Below, piece after piece: positions 14,960-33,766 of a DNA stretch of 64,000 nt. The DNA comes from Trichoplax adhaerens. Taxonomy: Eukaryota; Animalia; Placozoa. A program made the position numbers and the translations under genes. The notes under the pieces were generated by a model. The model did not search any database and was not told where the DNA came from. It worked only from the letters and a program-made list of their open reading frames with translations. The first letter of the stretch is position 1. Every line of letters starts with the position of its first letter. The stretch is from contig NW_002060954.1 in the NCBI RefSeq assembly GCF_000150275.1, positions 1,364,001 to 1,428,000 of the forward strand. The letters run 5' to 3'.

Positions 14960-15300
14960 GGTGTGCAGTAGTGTATTGTACTGTAACTACGAGATTAATA
15001 ATTTAATTTACAGTGTGCAGTACTGTAACTTTACAGTATGGAGAAAATACAGTACAGTACAGTACAGTAGAAAAAAACTTTTCTTCTTAAATCAAAGGAC
15101 TGTTAACTGGAAGGGTAGAAGTACAGTACAGTACAGTACTGTATTATATCATTTCATGCTGTACAGTGTACAGTACACACACATGCTATAACGATGACCG
15201 AGATTACAGTTCATACAATTGGTTTACTGTACCGGTAACTGTAGTCGAAAACTTGATCTCTATGGCCGTACCATACTGTACAGTGTACTGTACCTTACGG
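14960..15300. repeat. TACAG/CTGTA pentamer array
   Basis: (tacag)4-5 runs at ~15048-15068 and ~15121-15142; ctgtacagtgtacagtac. Confidence 0.8.
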
Positions 15301-16104
15301 TATGGTGCATGGTGCAGCACTCTAAAAGCGGCGGCATTGAAAGTCGGTCAACTGTACGCTATATTTAGTTCCACGCATACTTCGGCAAAGAGATCATTTA
15401 ACGAAGTAACGTATACTTATAGAGTAGTTTAATCATAGAGCATATTATATTTGGCACACTTGGATTTCTGGTAATAAGAAAAACAAAATTGAACATCCGT
15501 TAAAAGAATGCAATAATACTGGTATCGTCTACATTCTTGCTAACGACTTTTTTAGTTGCTGGATAAAGAATTGTCTGTCGTAAATACCGTTGTACGCGTA
15601 AACTGGTAAGGGAAGAATGATCCTTTTACTGTGTACAGTAGAACTTTTGTCATGAATTTGATCGTCTTTGACATAGTATTACATAACTTGCAATCTGTTG
15701 AATTATACTTCTTAATTATGTGAAATCTTGCCAGTCTAAAATTTGATAGCAAAGTGTTCATTATTATTCGATAACTTTAAAACCATTGAGGTAACAATAT
15801 CCGGGATCATCGTTAAATTGTCCTGCTTTTGTAATACTACTCGTATTAACGCTAGAACTGACAGTCAATTATAATCATTACACAATTTAGAATGTAAAAA
15901 GCACTACTCTACCTCTGCAAAAGCTACCGTAGATATTGTTTATAACATGAGTTCAAGATGTTTCTAAGCTGGGGTCTGCCAATTCTGTATTTTTTGAAAA
16001 CTGCCCCATGGTGTCCACTGTCCTGTCACTACTATAGATCTCGTGGATAGTACAGTCAGTCAGTGTTCATTTTATTTTACTTCATAGTGAACTCGCAGCC
16101 AGTT

Positions 16105-16235
16105 ACAGTACGTACGGTACTATGCAGTACTATACTGTACTGTACACTGTACTGATACTGTACCACGGTACACACTATTAATTAACAAAACCAACTACGA
16201 AAAGTACTGTACATATTATATGTACGGTACAGTAG
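16105..16235. repeat. TACAG/CTGTA array immediately upstream of the poly(A) polymerase ATG
   Basis: tatactgtactgtacactgtactgatactgtacc; gtactgtaca; gtacggtacagt. Confidence 0.8.
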
Positions 16236-16352
16236 GTATTTGTTACAGCGAATCAATAAATATCCCTATAATTAATTATTATAACTAATTAATTGAAGGG
16301 TTAATTTAAATGAATAACCTTCTTCAACTTTTTTACTGTTGATATTTATAGC

Positions 16353-21553
<5,201 letters not shown>

Positions 21554-22300
21554 GAAAGGTAATAGTGTTATCTGACAATTATCTAGAAATAATGTGGTAT
21601 TCTGTCGGTTCTTTGCAACCTTATTTTAGAAATTTGATTTTATGTCTTTAAGGGATTGATATTGTACGATTTGAAAGATTCGAAAATTATATCGTTTTTT
21701 TCACTTATATCGTAAGGACAGGTGTGTAGCAGTATATACTATTGACTTGGTATATTGAATAGCAAGTGCTTTAATTATTGTAGCATGTCGTTATCAGCAT
21801 TTGTTCGTTCAATAACGGTTTTGCTGAATATCTTAACGTTACACACTTGCCAAATCTTCCCATAAATGTTCTTGTATTGCAGAGCATAGTAGACGTAATC
21901 CCAAATTTTTATTTTACAGTATGCTCAGCTTACGTGCATTCAGTTTTGCTACCAATGTATATTAACTGTGAAATTGTATCCATGTCGTCGTAACGATTTA
22001 GGAGATAGATGAATGCATTGGATTCCGTTCAGTACGAGTTGCAGTACGCTACAAATATGACAATGAGAATATCAGTGATACCGTAACTTTCTTGCGTACA
22101 GTTATCGATTACCCTTGTATCCACGAAATGTGGTACTGAAATCGAATTATTCATACATAACTCAATACTATTCCGTTCCAGTATAGTGTCTCGTTATCTG
22201 GTACACTTATCGTAGACTTGCAGCTGTTCATGTATTGATCATTAGACCTGTATTTTATGGATACGATGTGATTTGTTGACAACCAGAGACTCAAGGTATA

Positions 22301-22306
22301 AATAAA
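22301..22306 (+). promoter_or_regulatory. Candidate polyadenylation signal for the PAP gene
   Basis: AATAAA about 750 bp after the stop, followed by T/GT-rich sequence. Chance occurrence is possible in AT-rich DNA. Confidence 0.35.
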
Positions 22307-23401
22307 GTTCGTCTTTTAAGAATAGAGCGTAATGGAATTTTTTCTTAGCTTCATTAAAGCGAAAGTAAGCTGCGATAGCTTTATGCTATGAAGAAAATGT
22401 AATACTGTACTTAATGAAATGATAATAGTTTTTAGTTTTTAAGACTACATAATCATCATAGAGTATTCTACAAAACTGTGTAGTTCTGCCGGAGTAAATA
22501 GCCTAAGAATAGTACAATATTGCTATGTACTAGTAGTAAATAAATCACTTCTTGTAGCTATTGAAAATGTACGCTCATATACATAAATTGCGATATAAAG
22601 TCTCAAGTTAAGCTCGGATAAGTCGTAGGATTGAATTGAGGTACAAAATTTTATTACAATTGGCTCAACGAAGCAGTTTATTACACTATTGAATTAGCAT
22701 ACATATACCTTGATCATGTTAAAAAAATATTTCCAATTAATCTTATGCATGATAGTGTTGAGATCGTTCTACATTCTCCTTAAATACTAATACTGGATAC
22801 CATCCTTAGAAAAAATTATCATTATCTGAATAAAAAATAATGCTATAAATATGCGAATAAATCAAGATTGCACAAACAGGAAGATTTTGAGGTCCCATAA
22901 AAGTAGCGATCATAATAAACAAATTTCATTGCAGTTCACTGATATTGACTAGTTACTGAAATTTTAGATAGAACGACCAGTTTTAGCTTAGCTCATAATT
23001 ACGATCTTTGTATGGATACGCTTAAGAATGCATAATCCTTTCTAATCATTATGATTATTTTGTAATGCATAGTTACTGTAAGGGTTTGCAAGCGTTACAG
23101 TAGAGCTTGCAGTACTACATGTGAATGTAAATGTGTAAGTGATGTAGTTTAACGTAACGCGTATTCCAGGCACATATGCTCGTACAAATACTTGCAGATA
23201 ATTACAGGAATAAACCCTTATGCTGTAGTACGAATACAATGTACCATATTTTTACAATACAAACATCACAGTCAATTACCAGATTGAGATTACGTTTGAT
23301 TTCGACAGACAGGGGTGCATTATTATTATCTTCATTGTATTATTATCAGAATTATTGTTTTTTCAATATCAGTTAGCTTCGAACCTTGACGTTATTTTAC
23401 T

Positions 23402-26400
23402 TTAGCGGATTTCGTCTTTAAGATACAGCAACGCAGCTTTGAAAGCTGTAGCATAATAAGCACTCTCACCATTTTCAAGTAAATTTTTTGGTAGCAATCC
23501 TTCAATGTAATCGGCTTCCAACAATAATTTCTCCATTCCAAGCTTGGCGATGATGTAAATTAGTAACGGTATAAAATCTTAAATTGATTTTGAAGGTAGT
23601 ACATCATTGTATTGATTTCGTAGTCCAAATTAGTAGAAAAATAAAAAAATGAATTCCTCGTTAATATAAAACAAAACTAGGGCAACACATGATTGTATAC
23701 TCGTACTATAGATTCTAACAGATGAGTATTATATCAAATTAATCTTCGTTAATATGTAATTAATATAAGAACTATCGTAGATATCCTAGATATTTTCAAA
23801 AGCTTTTATTTATTTATATGCAACTGTAGGCTGCAGCGTACTCTCGCCTATCATCTTGACAAGCCGATGCTATCGCTATTTCTTTTCCGAAAGTGCATCG
23901 TTAATTACTGTTCTATAGATAATACTTCAATTCTTGCGAATCCTTAATCGCGAAAATAACTATGAAATGCACTTTAAGTAACGTATGTAATATTTATAGA
24001 TAGCGGCAGTCTTGGTATTCTAGATAATTCTACTTTACATTCTGAATTTTGCATTGATAGCGAGTAATTTGAGTGGCAAGGTGGCATACCATTAAACAAA
24101 TACCTCATTAATATTAAAATACTTAGGAGTAACGTACAAATCTCGATACTTTACCGTAGCTAATACAGTCAATACAACAGTAGTAAGTTGCCATATAGTG
24201 TCGAAATCTTCTTTCCATTCTTAAATTTTAAGCTGTTACTACTGGCACTTCTTAAGTAGTTGATAGTGTAATCTTATAGCTAGTGCCCTGCTTCTCAGAT
24301 ATTAGACACTAAAATGATAATATCTTAATAGGTGCAGTTATATACATACCATCAGCTGATAAGTATCTTCGACCCCCAGGTGTATTTTCGATATCTTGTT
24401 TCATGCGCATGATGACGTTGTGCAAATTACTAATTTTAAGAATAGGTGAATATTCACCTATCATTTTATCGAAAAAAACGCGAGCTAGTTCAATAGTTTT
24501 ACGACCAGGCAGAGATACGGACTTGGACAGTTGTAGGTCATCATGGCCATAGCGTGCAACGATGTTCATATTTCTATGCAATGCTCTTAGAGACCCATTA
24601 CTATTAAATTGAGTTAAAATGAGTAATTTAAGTAATCAATATTTCAGTTATTTCTAGTAAATATCCTTTTAGTAAAATATGCTGTAGGCCTACAATTTCT
24701 GCAGGTTGTCGATCTGCAAATGATAAATACTTCTTTAGACAACTATACACTTATATTAGAATTGATAAATAGACTACTTTGATACATCGCCATTATATGT
24801 ATTATTGTATTACAATTACTGCTTCATCAGATTTAGTGGCTATTTAAGATAGTTTATATGATCAATCTGCTTTTAGTGATATCTTTTAGATACAGCGTAC
24901 AAATTAACCTCAGCGTATTATTAGTTTGAAATGTCCCTATATTTTAATAGGTTACATTTTGCTTCGAATTCAGTTGTAAATCTAAGCTAGGAATCACTTT
25001 GGCATATAAACTTTACTGGTGATAATTAACTTAAATAATCATGTTTATCAATAGGAGATTATTAAAAGAACTGCGTTTAATATAAATTGTATTCAAGAAC
25101 GAATGGCTCTATCAAACAATTTCACGCAAATTAGCCGAAGAAAAAGTTATCATTTTAAATATAACAAATCCAATTCTCAAAATATCTTATGGAGTTGTTA
25201 TATTACAAATTATATTTCGTATCAATTTGATATCAAATCGATTCAGGGTTTATTATGCAATGATGGTTATGCTTTCTTAAAATTTAATACGGTACCTTTC
25301 ATATTTACGTTCTAAATAGTCAAGAATATATTTTTTCAAAGGTTTCGTTATAATGTCATGTAAACAGCCTTCCAAAGCTGTGTCCAAGTCCATCTGATCA
25401 TTAAAAATAATGATATCGTATATTTCTGACCGTGGCGCATTTTGGAAACGCTCTTTCGTAAAATTCATAAACTTGCGTATCTAGAATGAATAAAAAAATA
25501 GATATCTGCAGATCATGAACTATTAAATTAACCGATCTAAGCAGTATGAGTTACATTTGTAGTAACAAATTACACAATCGAAAAACTTCCCTATTTATCT
25601 TACTGTTAATAAGGGATCTTCCTGAATAGTAGCTACTGGAGCCGTTAACACAGCTCTATATCTTTCAATAAATTTGCTAATATGAACATAAAACTGCTTG
25701 TTTTTGTCCGTTAAAGTTTTGTTGATACCAATTAGTAGCTTTTTATTGGGATTTGCAGTAATACGACGTGCAAAGAACATTTTTGGGGCAGATAGCCACG
25801 ACTGCAGAGCCTGTATCCTCCTACCTTTCTGGTCTAAACAAACATAGCAGCAAATGTTAACTTATACATTTAATTGCCACCTTATTATGAAAACACTTTC
25901 ACTTAAGACTGTGTGCTACTCTAACGTACTGATATCGAAAATTTATCAGAGCGTGACTAACTGCCTATAAGCGTATATTAAATTGATCTTATGATCATAC
26001 TATACAGTATACAATTCTTTCTCAAACCGCATTTATCCCGACAGTTATGTTACTTAGAAAGTTATAAATGCGTACTACATTAAGTAATTAAGTTATGCCT
26101 AACATTACAATATATGTTATAGCGAACAATGAAATTACCATCTGGTGTTGATGCTTCATGATTTGGGCTAGAAATAGTTTTAGGGCTATTTGATGAGACT
26201 GATAATTCTAAAAGCGAAATATTCATTCAATATTACATAATTATTTTTTTATTAAATTTGTCTATATACGCGTTACTTGCCATTAAGCCTAAAATATTAT
26301 ATTTAGAAAATTAGACTTTAATATTTAACATGTAACTGATAGTAAATTAATAAATTATAGAAAAAGTTTGATGATACTTTGTTAAGATGTATGGCTTGTT

Positions 26401-29400
26401 ATCATTTGTAAAATATTGTTAATAAGCGCAAACAGCTAGTAAGAAGATTTAGATATTGTATTAACATGTTTTGGTACAGGCCATATTTTAGATTTACTGC
26501 GCTATCGCATAGTAAGAAAGCTGGTATAAATATATAGAAATGATCGATAATACAGGTTAGTACTCTATCAATTAGTAACTAATCACTTTTTGCAGAAATT
26601 TAGTTAGTAATATGAAGCTTGGTTATGTTTCAGTAGGGTTATATCGTTAATTACACTAATTTCATATGCGTATATTTCAAAGAGCTTTGATACGTTAAAT
26701 CATAACAATTCGGGGGGGGGGGTATCGCATACGGTATGTTAATTGGATTCACATGCGAATGAAATTGTGAAAAGGCTGTAGCAGTAATAAACTATAATAC
26801 ACGAGATTAAAAATGCTGCTAAAGACATCAGTCACCCCCGTTTGGTTAGTTGCTTTTGCAAGCTAATGCAGTTAGGAAGGCAAAGCATCAATAGTATGAG
26901 TATGTCTGGTTTATAATATATACAAAGTTTTTACCCTTCACATCGATGTAAAGTGGATTTTCTTGAATTTCCTCAACGGAATTATCGGGTAGATTACAGT
27001 GATCGAGGCACACATCTAAGTAAATTGATTTATATTTGGATTTTTCTGTTGGCGTGATAAATAAAAGATGTATTGAAGACTACGTGTAAATAGAACCGTT
27101 AAAAGCCTGTTTTATAAAATTGAAATATCGAAATTGCAGACCTTTTCCCTTTTATCCTAATTAAGGTAAACATACTGCATATACTTATAGTTCATGCAAA
27201 TTATTATATACTGTTTTTAAAATAAAAGATATCACTTTGCAGTAACTTGTTAGCTAATTCTAGTTGTGACCCTTGAGAAGTACATAGTTGAACAACAAAG
27301 GACTGTCAGATTGGTATTACTACCAGTAAAAATATTTTGTTTGCTTATTACTCGTACCGCCCCTATCTTGTGGAGGGAGATCAAGGCTCACTGGTGGTTC
27401 TCTAGCAGGTGGTTCAGGTATTGGTGGTGGTGTTGGAGAGTTAGTGTCTAGTATAAAAATTGAATATTAAAATACATCTTTTTCATACAGCATAACAGCT
27501 GTCTGCGTCTTTCCTTCCCAACATTTATTAGTTATCATTTTATTAGTTAGAAACTGTAATTTCTCCTTAAGATATTATCATAAGCTATTTACTTAATGAA
27601 ATCAAGCATGGATTACTAAAAATTACAATCATAATTTAACTAGGATAAATATCTTTGTACATGTATTAGATATCATAACCACTCACATATAATATCAATC
27701 TGAATCAGCTTTCTTACCTGACTCATACAGTATGGCTTCACAGAACCTTGATGTCCAGAAATCTGTTTGGAAAATTGTAAGTATACTGATTAAAAAATGA
27801 TAGTGTAATCTTCACGTATATTGTCTCATATTATACGTAACTTATTGCTATCAATCGTAAAAATTTTATTACTTTCGCCCATAAGTGCAAATGTAGCTAA
27901 TTCTGCTTCATTCTTTGCTTTTCTTACTGCTAACGGTAATTGCAGCTGGCATGGTAATCCAGCGTTAATGTAATCGCAGTAAAAAGCAATTAAATACTCT
28001 AAATTAGGATAAGGCTCAACATTTGATCCATCAATATAGCAGCCTAAATTCAAATACGAGCTAAAAGTTAATCTTGCCGCACTGCATACAGAATAGGTTT
28101 TACCAAAAATAATTTTAACAGATTAATACGCTAAAGGAATTTTATCTTATTGACCTTTATCTGTGAAATTAATTAGGTAATGATTAACTTCTGCGGATTT
28201 GTCACTAACTTTCACGGATAAGCAGGGATGCTTTAGCTTACTCGATTTTCTGACAATAAAGTACTAAGTAGAAATAAATAATAATCACGATACATTTTAA
28301 GACAAATGGATTATTTCAGTAGTAAGATCTAGAACTTACTCCCTTTGGAAATTGACTTAGCATTTCCATAGCTAATATAATCAATCCATTTTGATAATTG
28401 AAAACATGGAAGTCAATTAAAGGATATGAATTTAGTATGTTAACAAAACTCTAATTATAATCTATTGCTTTAAAATAACAGTGGTTAACAATTTACTAAA
28501 GGAGTCACTACTTTTAACATTTACCTTTTTCTCGATTAACGGTAGGGTGATACCAAATTGACTGAGTATTATACAATCTATGATAGGTATCTTTTAATTC
28601 GGGTATGATGTCTTTATTTGCAACAATCTGGTTCTATTAAGAGATCGTATAAATAGTTGGAAGTTATTTATTGATATACAATACGCCAACATTGTAGCGA
28701 TGTTCATAATCATTTGAGTATTCGTATTTTCAGTATTTTTATAGGACGCCGGTAAGTGAAATATTTTGCATCTCTTATCAACACACTATAAGAACGTCTA
28801 CAGTAAAAAATTGCAGGAACTATTATGTAATTATATCATTAAGTTAAATTACTGTAGGTTGCTACTTTCTTACTTTAAAAAGAATTTCTTGAATTCGTTC
28901 CGAACTGAAACAGTAAAATAGTTTATCAATATTTCAGTCCAACTTGAAGTTTTGTTATTAAGGCATTACTATCAGCATGAAATTATAATTTAATATATTA
29001 CAAATTTTAAGATCTCATGATATCAATTGCGTTTTAAACAATGCGTTAGTAACAATAATTATTTACAGTATACTCGTATAGTCATAAATTAGGTACTCAT
29101 GAAAGCTAATAATTTGATTAACTATTTATAAGATAACAATGATAATTTCATTTTATGAAGCATAGCAATAGTCTTATACCTAGCCTCCTGCGCAGACGAC
29201 TGTATGTTATCTTCCGTAAATAGGTAGCAAAGAATAAATTAGAAAATTTTTCGACTCGATATATATTATCATGATATGCCAAATGAATATTATTATTGAA
29301 TTCTTAATAATCGTAGAATAAAACTTATTCATACCGTCATCATCAGCACCCGGCATGTCCCCCTCAAAAGGATACATTGATAGGTGGCGGTCGAAAATTG

Positions 29401-30859
29401 TATTATTGCTTGATGTGCTTACCTCACTTTAGCAATGAAAACAGAAAGTATTTAAATTAGAAATTTGCGGAATACATATTTACAGTATATATTTTTGCTT
29501 CACTAATAGGTACTATAATAAGAAAAAAAGATAAAAATCGAAACCCACGACCAACCTGCCAGATCTAGATTTTGCACGTTAAACAAAGAAATTGTAATAG
29601 ACATGTAAAATAAGGTTAAAATAATGTTAAGCTGCCATTATAGTTATTTGTTATGCGTAGTTTTTATCCATTTATAACGTAAAGTAATAATGATAATTGT
29701 ATCTTATTTTACCTAGACAGACTATAGTAATAGTGAATTACTTTTTTACTGATAAATTATAACAAGGCTAAAAGTGAAGAAATGGTTTGACTGAATTAAT
29801 TTCTTTCATCCTCGTATTATAATATTTAGGGAAAATTAAAAATATGTTGAATTACAGAGATCACTTATTTTTATATTAAAGATACTCGGTGAGCCTCGTT
29901 AATATGAATCACGCTTCATTACTGATATTAACCTCAAATTGCTACTTCTGAATGTAAGATTTACAACAGTATTAATTGTGAAGAAATGGTCATCCAATTA
30001 AGTTAACCTTAATTCATTAATATAAGCGATACACAGTATTAAAATTGAACCAATTTGTTAGCGTAGAAGCATTAGTATTACAGTATAACATCAATACTAA
30101 TGTATTATACTACTTTAGTGTTAGTTCATACAGAAGATGATTGGAAAGAATAAAAGTGATATTTCTATTATTAAATTCCACTATTACCCATTCATATACA
30201 ATTTTAAAAATCTATTTATTGCCAATGCTAATTACAAACTAAGTAATTAATCACTAAAACTAAAGTTGAAATTTGTTGAAGATTTTGAAAATTATTCTTT
30301 AATAGTAGGAAATCAATTGAATTACAATCAAGATGTATGTGTGATACTTGATGATAGAGAGTTACATAGCAATATTCATCGCAACTTACCTTGAATCAGT
30401 AGTAATACGATCTTGACATTCTTGAAGATGTCTGTTGAAATAGTCGTTGGCCCTCTATTATACAAGGTATTATAGGTGTAAGTTACGGTATTATTCTATT
30501 CTATACGTGTGTAAATCTCGAATAAAATCGTTCCAATATAGATTATGAAGCTGCGAACAGAGTTCATAGGTTATTTATCATAAAACGAGTAAGTGCAATA
30601 ATAAAATGGTGATTGATCAAGTTCATAGTAAGCTAAAGATAAAAGTTCAGTCAATCCTGTTCACATAAATGTCTAAAATCTGATTAACTTTATATAGAGT
30701 TAATTTAAGCTCAAAAGCTCATGCTTGTATCATACAAAGCTATTCTTCGTCTATAAGTTGATCAAACACCTGTGGAATGGACGTAAGCTGTTTCATCGGA
30801 TTACTTACTAAACGATAGTCTGTCGATGATCGAGGCCTTGCAAATGGATTAGTAGCCAT
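23402..30859 (-). CDS. RIN-family (RIN/RINL/Sprint-like) SH2 + proline-rich + RH + VPS9 Rab5 GEF, no RA domain
   Basis: Probable start MATNPFARP (30859). RIN-type SH2: HRLYNTQSIWYHPTVNREK|AMEMLSQFPKG|YFIVRKSSK...|YPNLEYLIAFYC...LPCQLQLPLAVRKAKNEAELATFALMGE|NFW. Proline-rich PTPPPIPEPPAREPP (27352-27448). RH-like IRKFM...LEGCLHDIITKPLK. VPS9 YSPILKI...LSAD|DFIPLLIYII...GESAYYATAF...DEIR* (TAA 23402-23404). Some N-terminal exon phases are unresolved. Confidence 0.9.
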
Positions 30860-33216
30860 TTCTATCGAGCATTTCGCATAATGTAGAGGAGAACTTGAAA
30901 TGGAGAACATGAATTCATTAGGCAAATATTAAAAGGAGATAAAAAAATTTATTTAAAAGCAACAAAGATTATTTGTAACGCTTGATCTAAACTATTACAA
31001 CTTTATTACTTTATTGCTTGGCTAACTAGTTGATGAGTATTTTGATTGATAATATTTTTTCTAGGATTAATAGCCGTCGCTAAATAACGATTGTATTTTC
31101 TATTAGAAACTTTTCGATAATTAATGTAATCAGTTTAAAATGTCTGATATGAAACCTTTTTTTTTCAAACACTCTACTACTGTACTGTGTACCGTAGATA
31201 TCGAAGTATATTATAACTTGATGGTAAAAACTTTTGTGGATGTAATTTTATCTACTGTACAATTAAAAATTTTCTTTTAAGTGGTCTAATGGGTAGCCAT
31301 AGTTAGCACCGATGATTTAAATTAGAATCGTCTGTAGCAGTCAAAACTATCTACCCGTGCATGCACGTACGTCTTGGTCATGCTATCTTAGCCTTCAATA
31401 CTAAACCACTTAAGTTGGCTAGATAGGATAGCACAGATATTAGATAAGCTGCGATAGTATTGATAAAAGGTTGAAATGGTTTTTTCCCTGCATAAATGTG
31501 GAATTGCGTCAATAGATGATCCTATCGTACAATATAAATTATTCCACTTTGCTATACTGTATTGACGTACTGATTAAAATTGCTGTTTACCTTTAAAATG
31601 ATGAGTTTTTCTCTCTTCTTCAGCTTCAAAGGCTGATGTCTCTTGAATCTTGATCAATTGGCGCTTTTTATTCGATGCTATAGAGATAACAATATCCGGA
31701 GATCGATTGCTATTAGTAGTATACGAGTAAGTTATTTCAATCAAACGATCAAGACTCGCATCTTACTGGCACACCAGGATGCAATTTTCCTGGTATTAAC
31801 AGAATTGATCTTTTCTGAGAGTCTCTTCGGCCTGGGGAACTACTTGCTATGGTTAGAATAGAATTGAAATACTGTATAAATTAATCAGTTGGCTAGCTCC
31901 GCCCAGTTTGAAGGCCAATATCCATACTGTACTGTGCGGTATGTGCTCAAATAGCGCTCATTATGAGGGATTTGGACGAGTTAGTCCTTGTTTACGCTGT
32001 CACAAAGACTATTGGAATTGGCATGGATAAAAGGTTGTAAGGTTCTACTACTACGTTGATACTCCACAACGATTACCTTACCTATGGGTAGAGATCGTAA
32101 TTCTTTTACTATTTTTTATTGATAGGCCTTGATACTATTTTTACTTTACGGCAATCATCATAGAATCACTATAGTGAGTTGAAGATGAAGAAGGTTGTGC
32201 AATGGAGTGTGCATTCATGTTAGCCTCTAGCACTAATCCTGCTATACAGTACTCTATTACCGACCATAGATATACGGTACACTGTATTATCCAGTCATGC
32301 TTGTCGATTATAATGACATGTTCGAGTATCTATTCTATCAATTGCCACCATGCATCATTAATTAACATGGAGTTCAATTAAATTGAATGTTATTCATGGA
32401 TATGGCACAACATGACCCACGATAGCTATGTATAAATTATCTTCAGCATCTGTTGTATAATGTTAAGTCCTACAACATATTTAGTAGTTCTAGACCATTG
32501 AAAATAATGAACTGCATTGATTGATCGGATTCTATAATTTAGTAAGATTCCGTCCATCATCATTGCGACATGCGATTGTCGTGAGGATAATCCATGCCCA
32601 ATTTTGAAATTGGTTGTCATCAATGATGATTGATGAGCATGCATTTACTCATGACACAACTACCCTTAAAAAAACGATCTGAAATGGATGATTGCGTTAT
32701 TGCAGTTGTCCATGAAATCATCCAATTGAATGAATGATTTGGCAATTTTTTCGTATCCATTTTATAACGGTATTTCATCTCTTTCGATAATTATAGGAAG
32801 CCTAGACGCGTACAGTAAGATAATCTAGTAGTCAATTTCCTTTCCATCGATTGTATTATGTAGACTATGTACCCATTCATTTGAAGGGGAAATTTACTAG
32901 ATATCATCATCAATATTAAGTCAATATCTTAAGATAGAAATAAGTATACCGATCCAATTGTTTCCTTTCGTTTCCAGTAAGAAGGTATAGACAAATATCT
33001 GATCGGTACTTACGATTGTGAGAAAACGAATAAATGAGAGAAGCAATCGTTCATTAATCCATTAATTAACTCACTAGTGTAGTGGTCCTCGTCTCCTCGG
33101 AATGGCGAATCGTATCGATAGACATAACTCATCATGTCTACAGTACCGTTAAGGTACAGTATTACACTTTGACTTCAACATGAGACCATACACTACCTGT
33201 AGACTGGATTTTACTA

Positions 33217-33280
33217 TCTCGGTATCAAGTGGTCCGTCTCGGTACCAAGTGGTCCGTCCGTCGCGGTACCAAGTGGACTG
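33217..33280. repeat. About three copies of a 20-bp tandem repeat
   Basis: tctcggtatcaagtggtccg / tctcggtaccaagtggtccg(tccg) / tcgcggtaccaagtggactg. Confidence 0.88.
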
Positions 33281-33314
33281 TTACGGTAACCGGTACTCAA
33301 GCTACAGACCATCG

Positions 33315-33414
33315 TGTGCAAAATGAGTTGTCATGCCGTTAACCCTTTACCTTGGTTACAGATACGAAGTATTATAGAGAGTAGATTGTTAACCATGACA
33401 ACTCATTTTACACA
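33315..33414. mobile_element. 100-bp MITE-like element with 21-bp terminal inverted repeats
   Basis: Left arm tgtgcaaaatgagttgtcatg (33315-33335) matches the reverse complement of catgacaactcattttacaca (33394-33414) at 20/21, with gttaac on both inner sides. No clear target-site duplication. Confidence 0.55.
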
Positions 33415-33766
33415 TTTACTTTCTCTTTGACTATCGGACAGATTCACTCCATTGCTTATGTTGTAGGTTTTTATAGATCTTATATAGCGTTCGGACTACA
33501 ATACGCTACACTACCCTGTCCACTTGTCCTTGTTGGCTATTTGACGGTAAATACTTTTAGCCATATTTTGAACCCTTCTTCTTGCCTTGTCGTGAATCAA
33601 TCTAGACTGCTAATATGAACTAGAAAATCCATGTTAACTCCTTTCCCCTATGCTTGAAATAACTCATTTCAATCCATTGGCTAAGTAACGTTGTTATGCT
33701 ATATTATGTCTTATTTCGTTGCCGGTCTGCAATCGTTATTCGAGCGAATTCCTCAATTCATCCAGA

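Noticed and set aside
21661-21667. ATTGTAC U1A-site-like heptamer in the PAP 3' UTR
   Set aside because: A single 7-mer without the paired site or stem needed for a PIE-type element; expected by chance.
29362-29375. GTATCCTTT U12-type donor-like motif on the - strand in the RIN-like gene
   Set aside because: It falls inside an open exon (SMYPFEG) bounded by ordinary GT-AG sites; no matching U12 branch point was seen.
33217-33280. Short repeat array resembling CRISPR (also 62259-62340)
   Set aside because: Repeats are adjacent with no unique spacers, there are no cas genes, and the context is eukaryotic.
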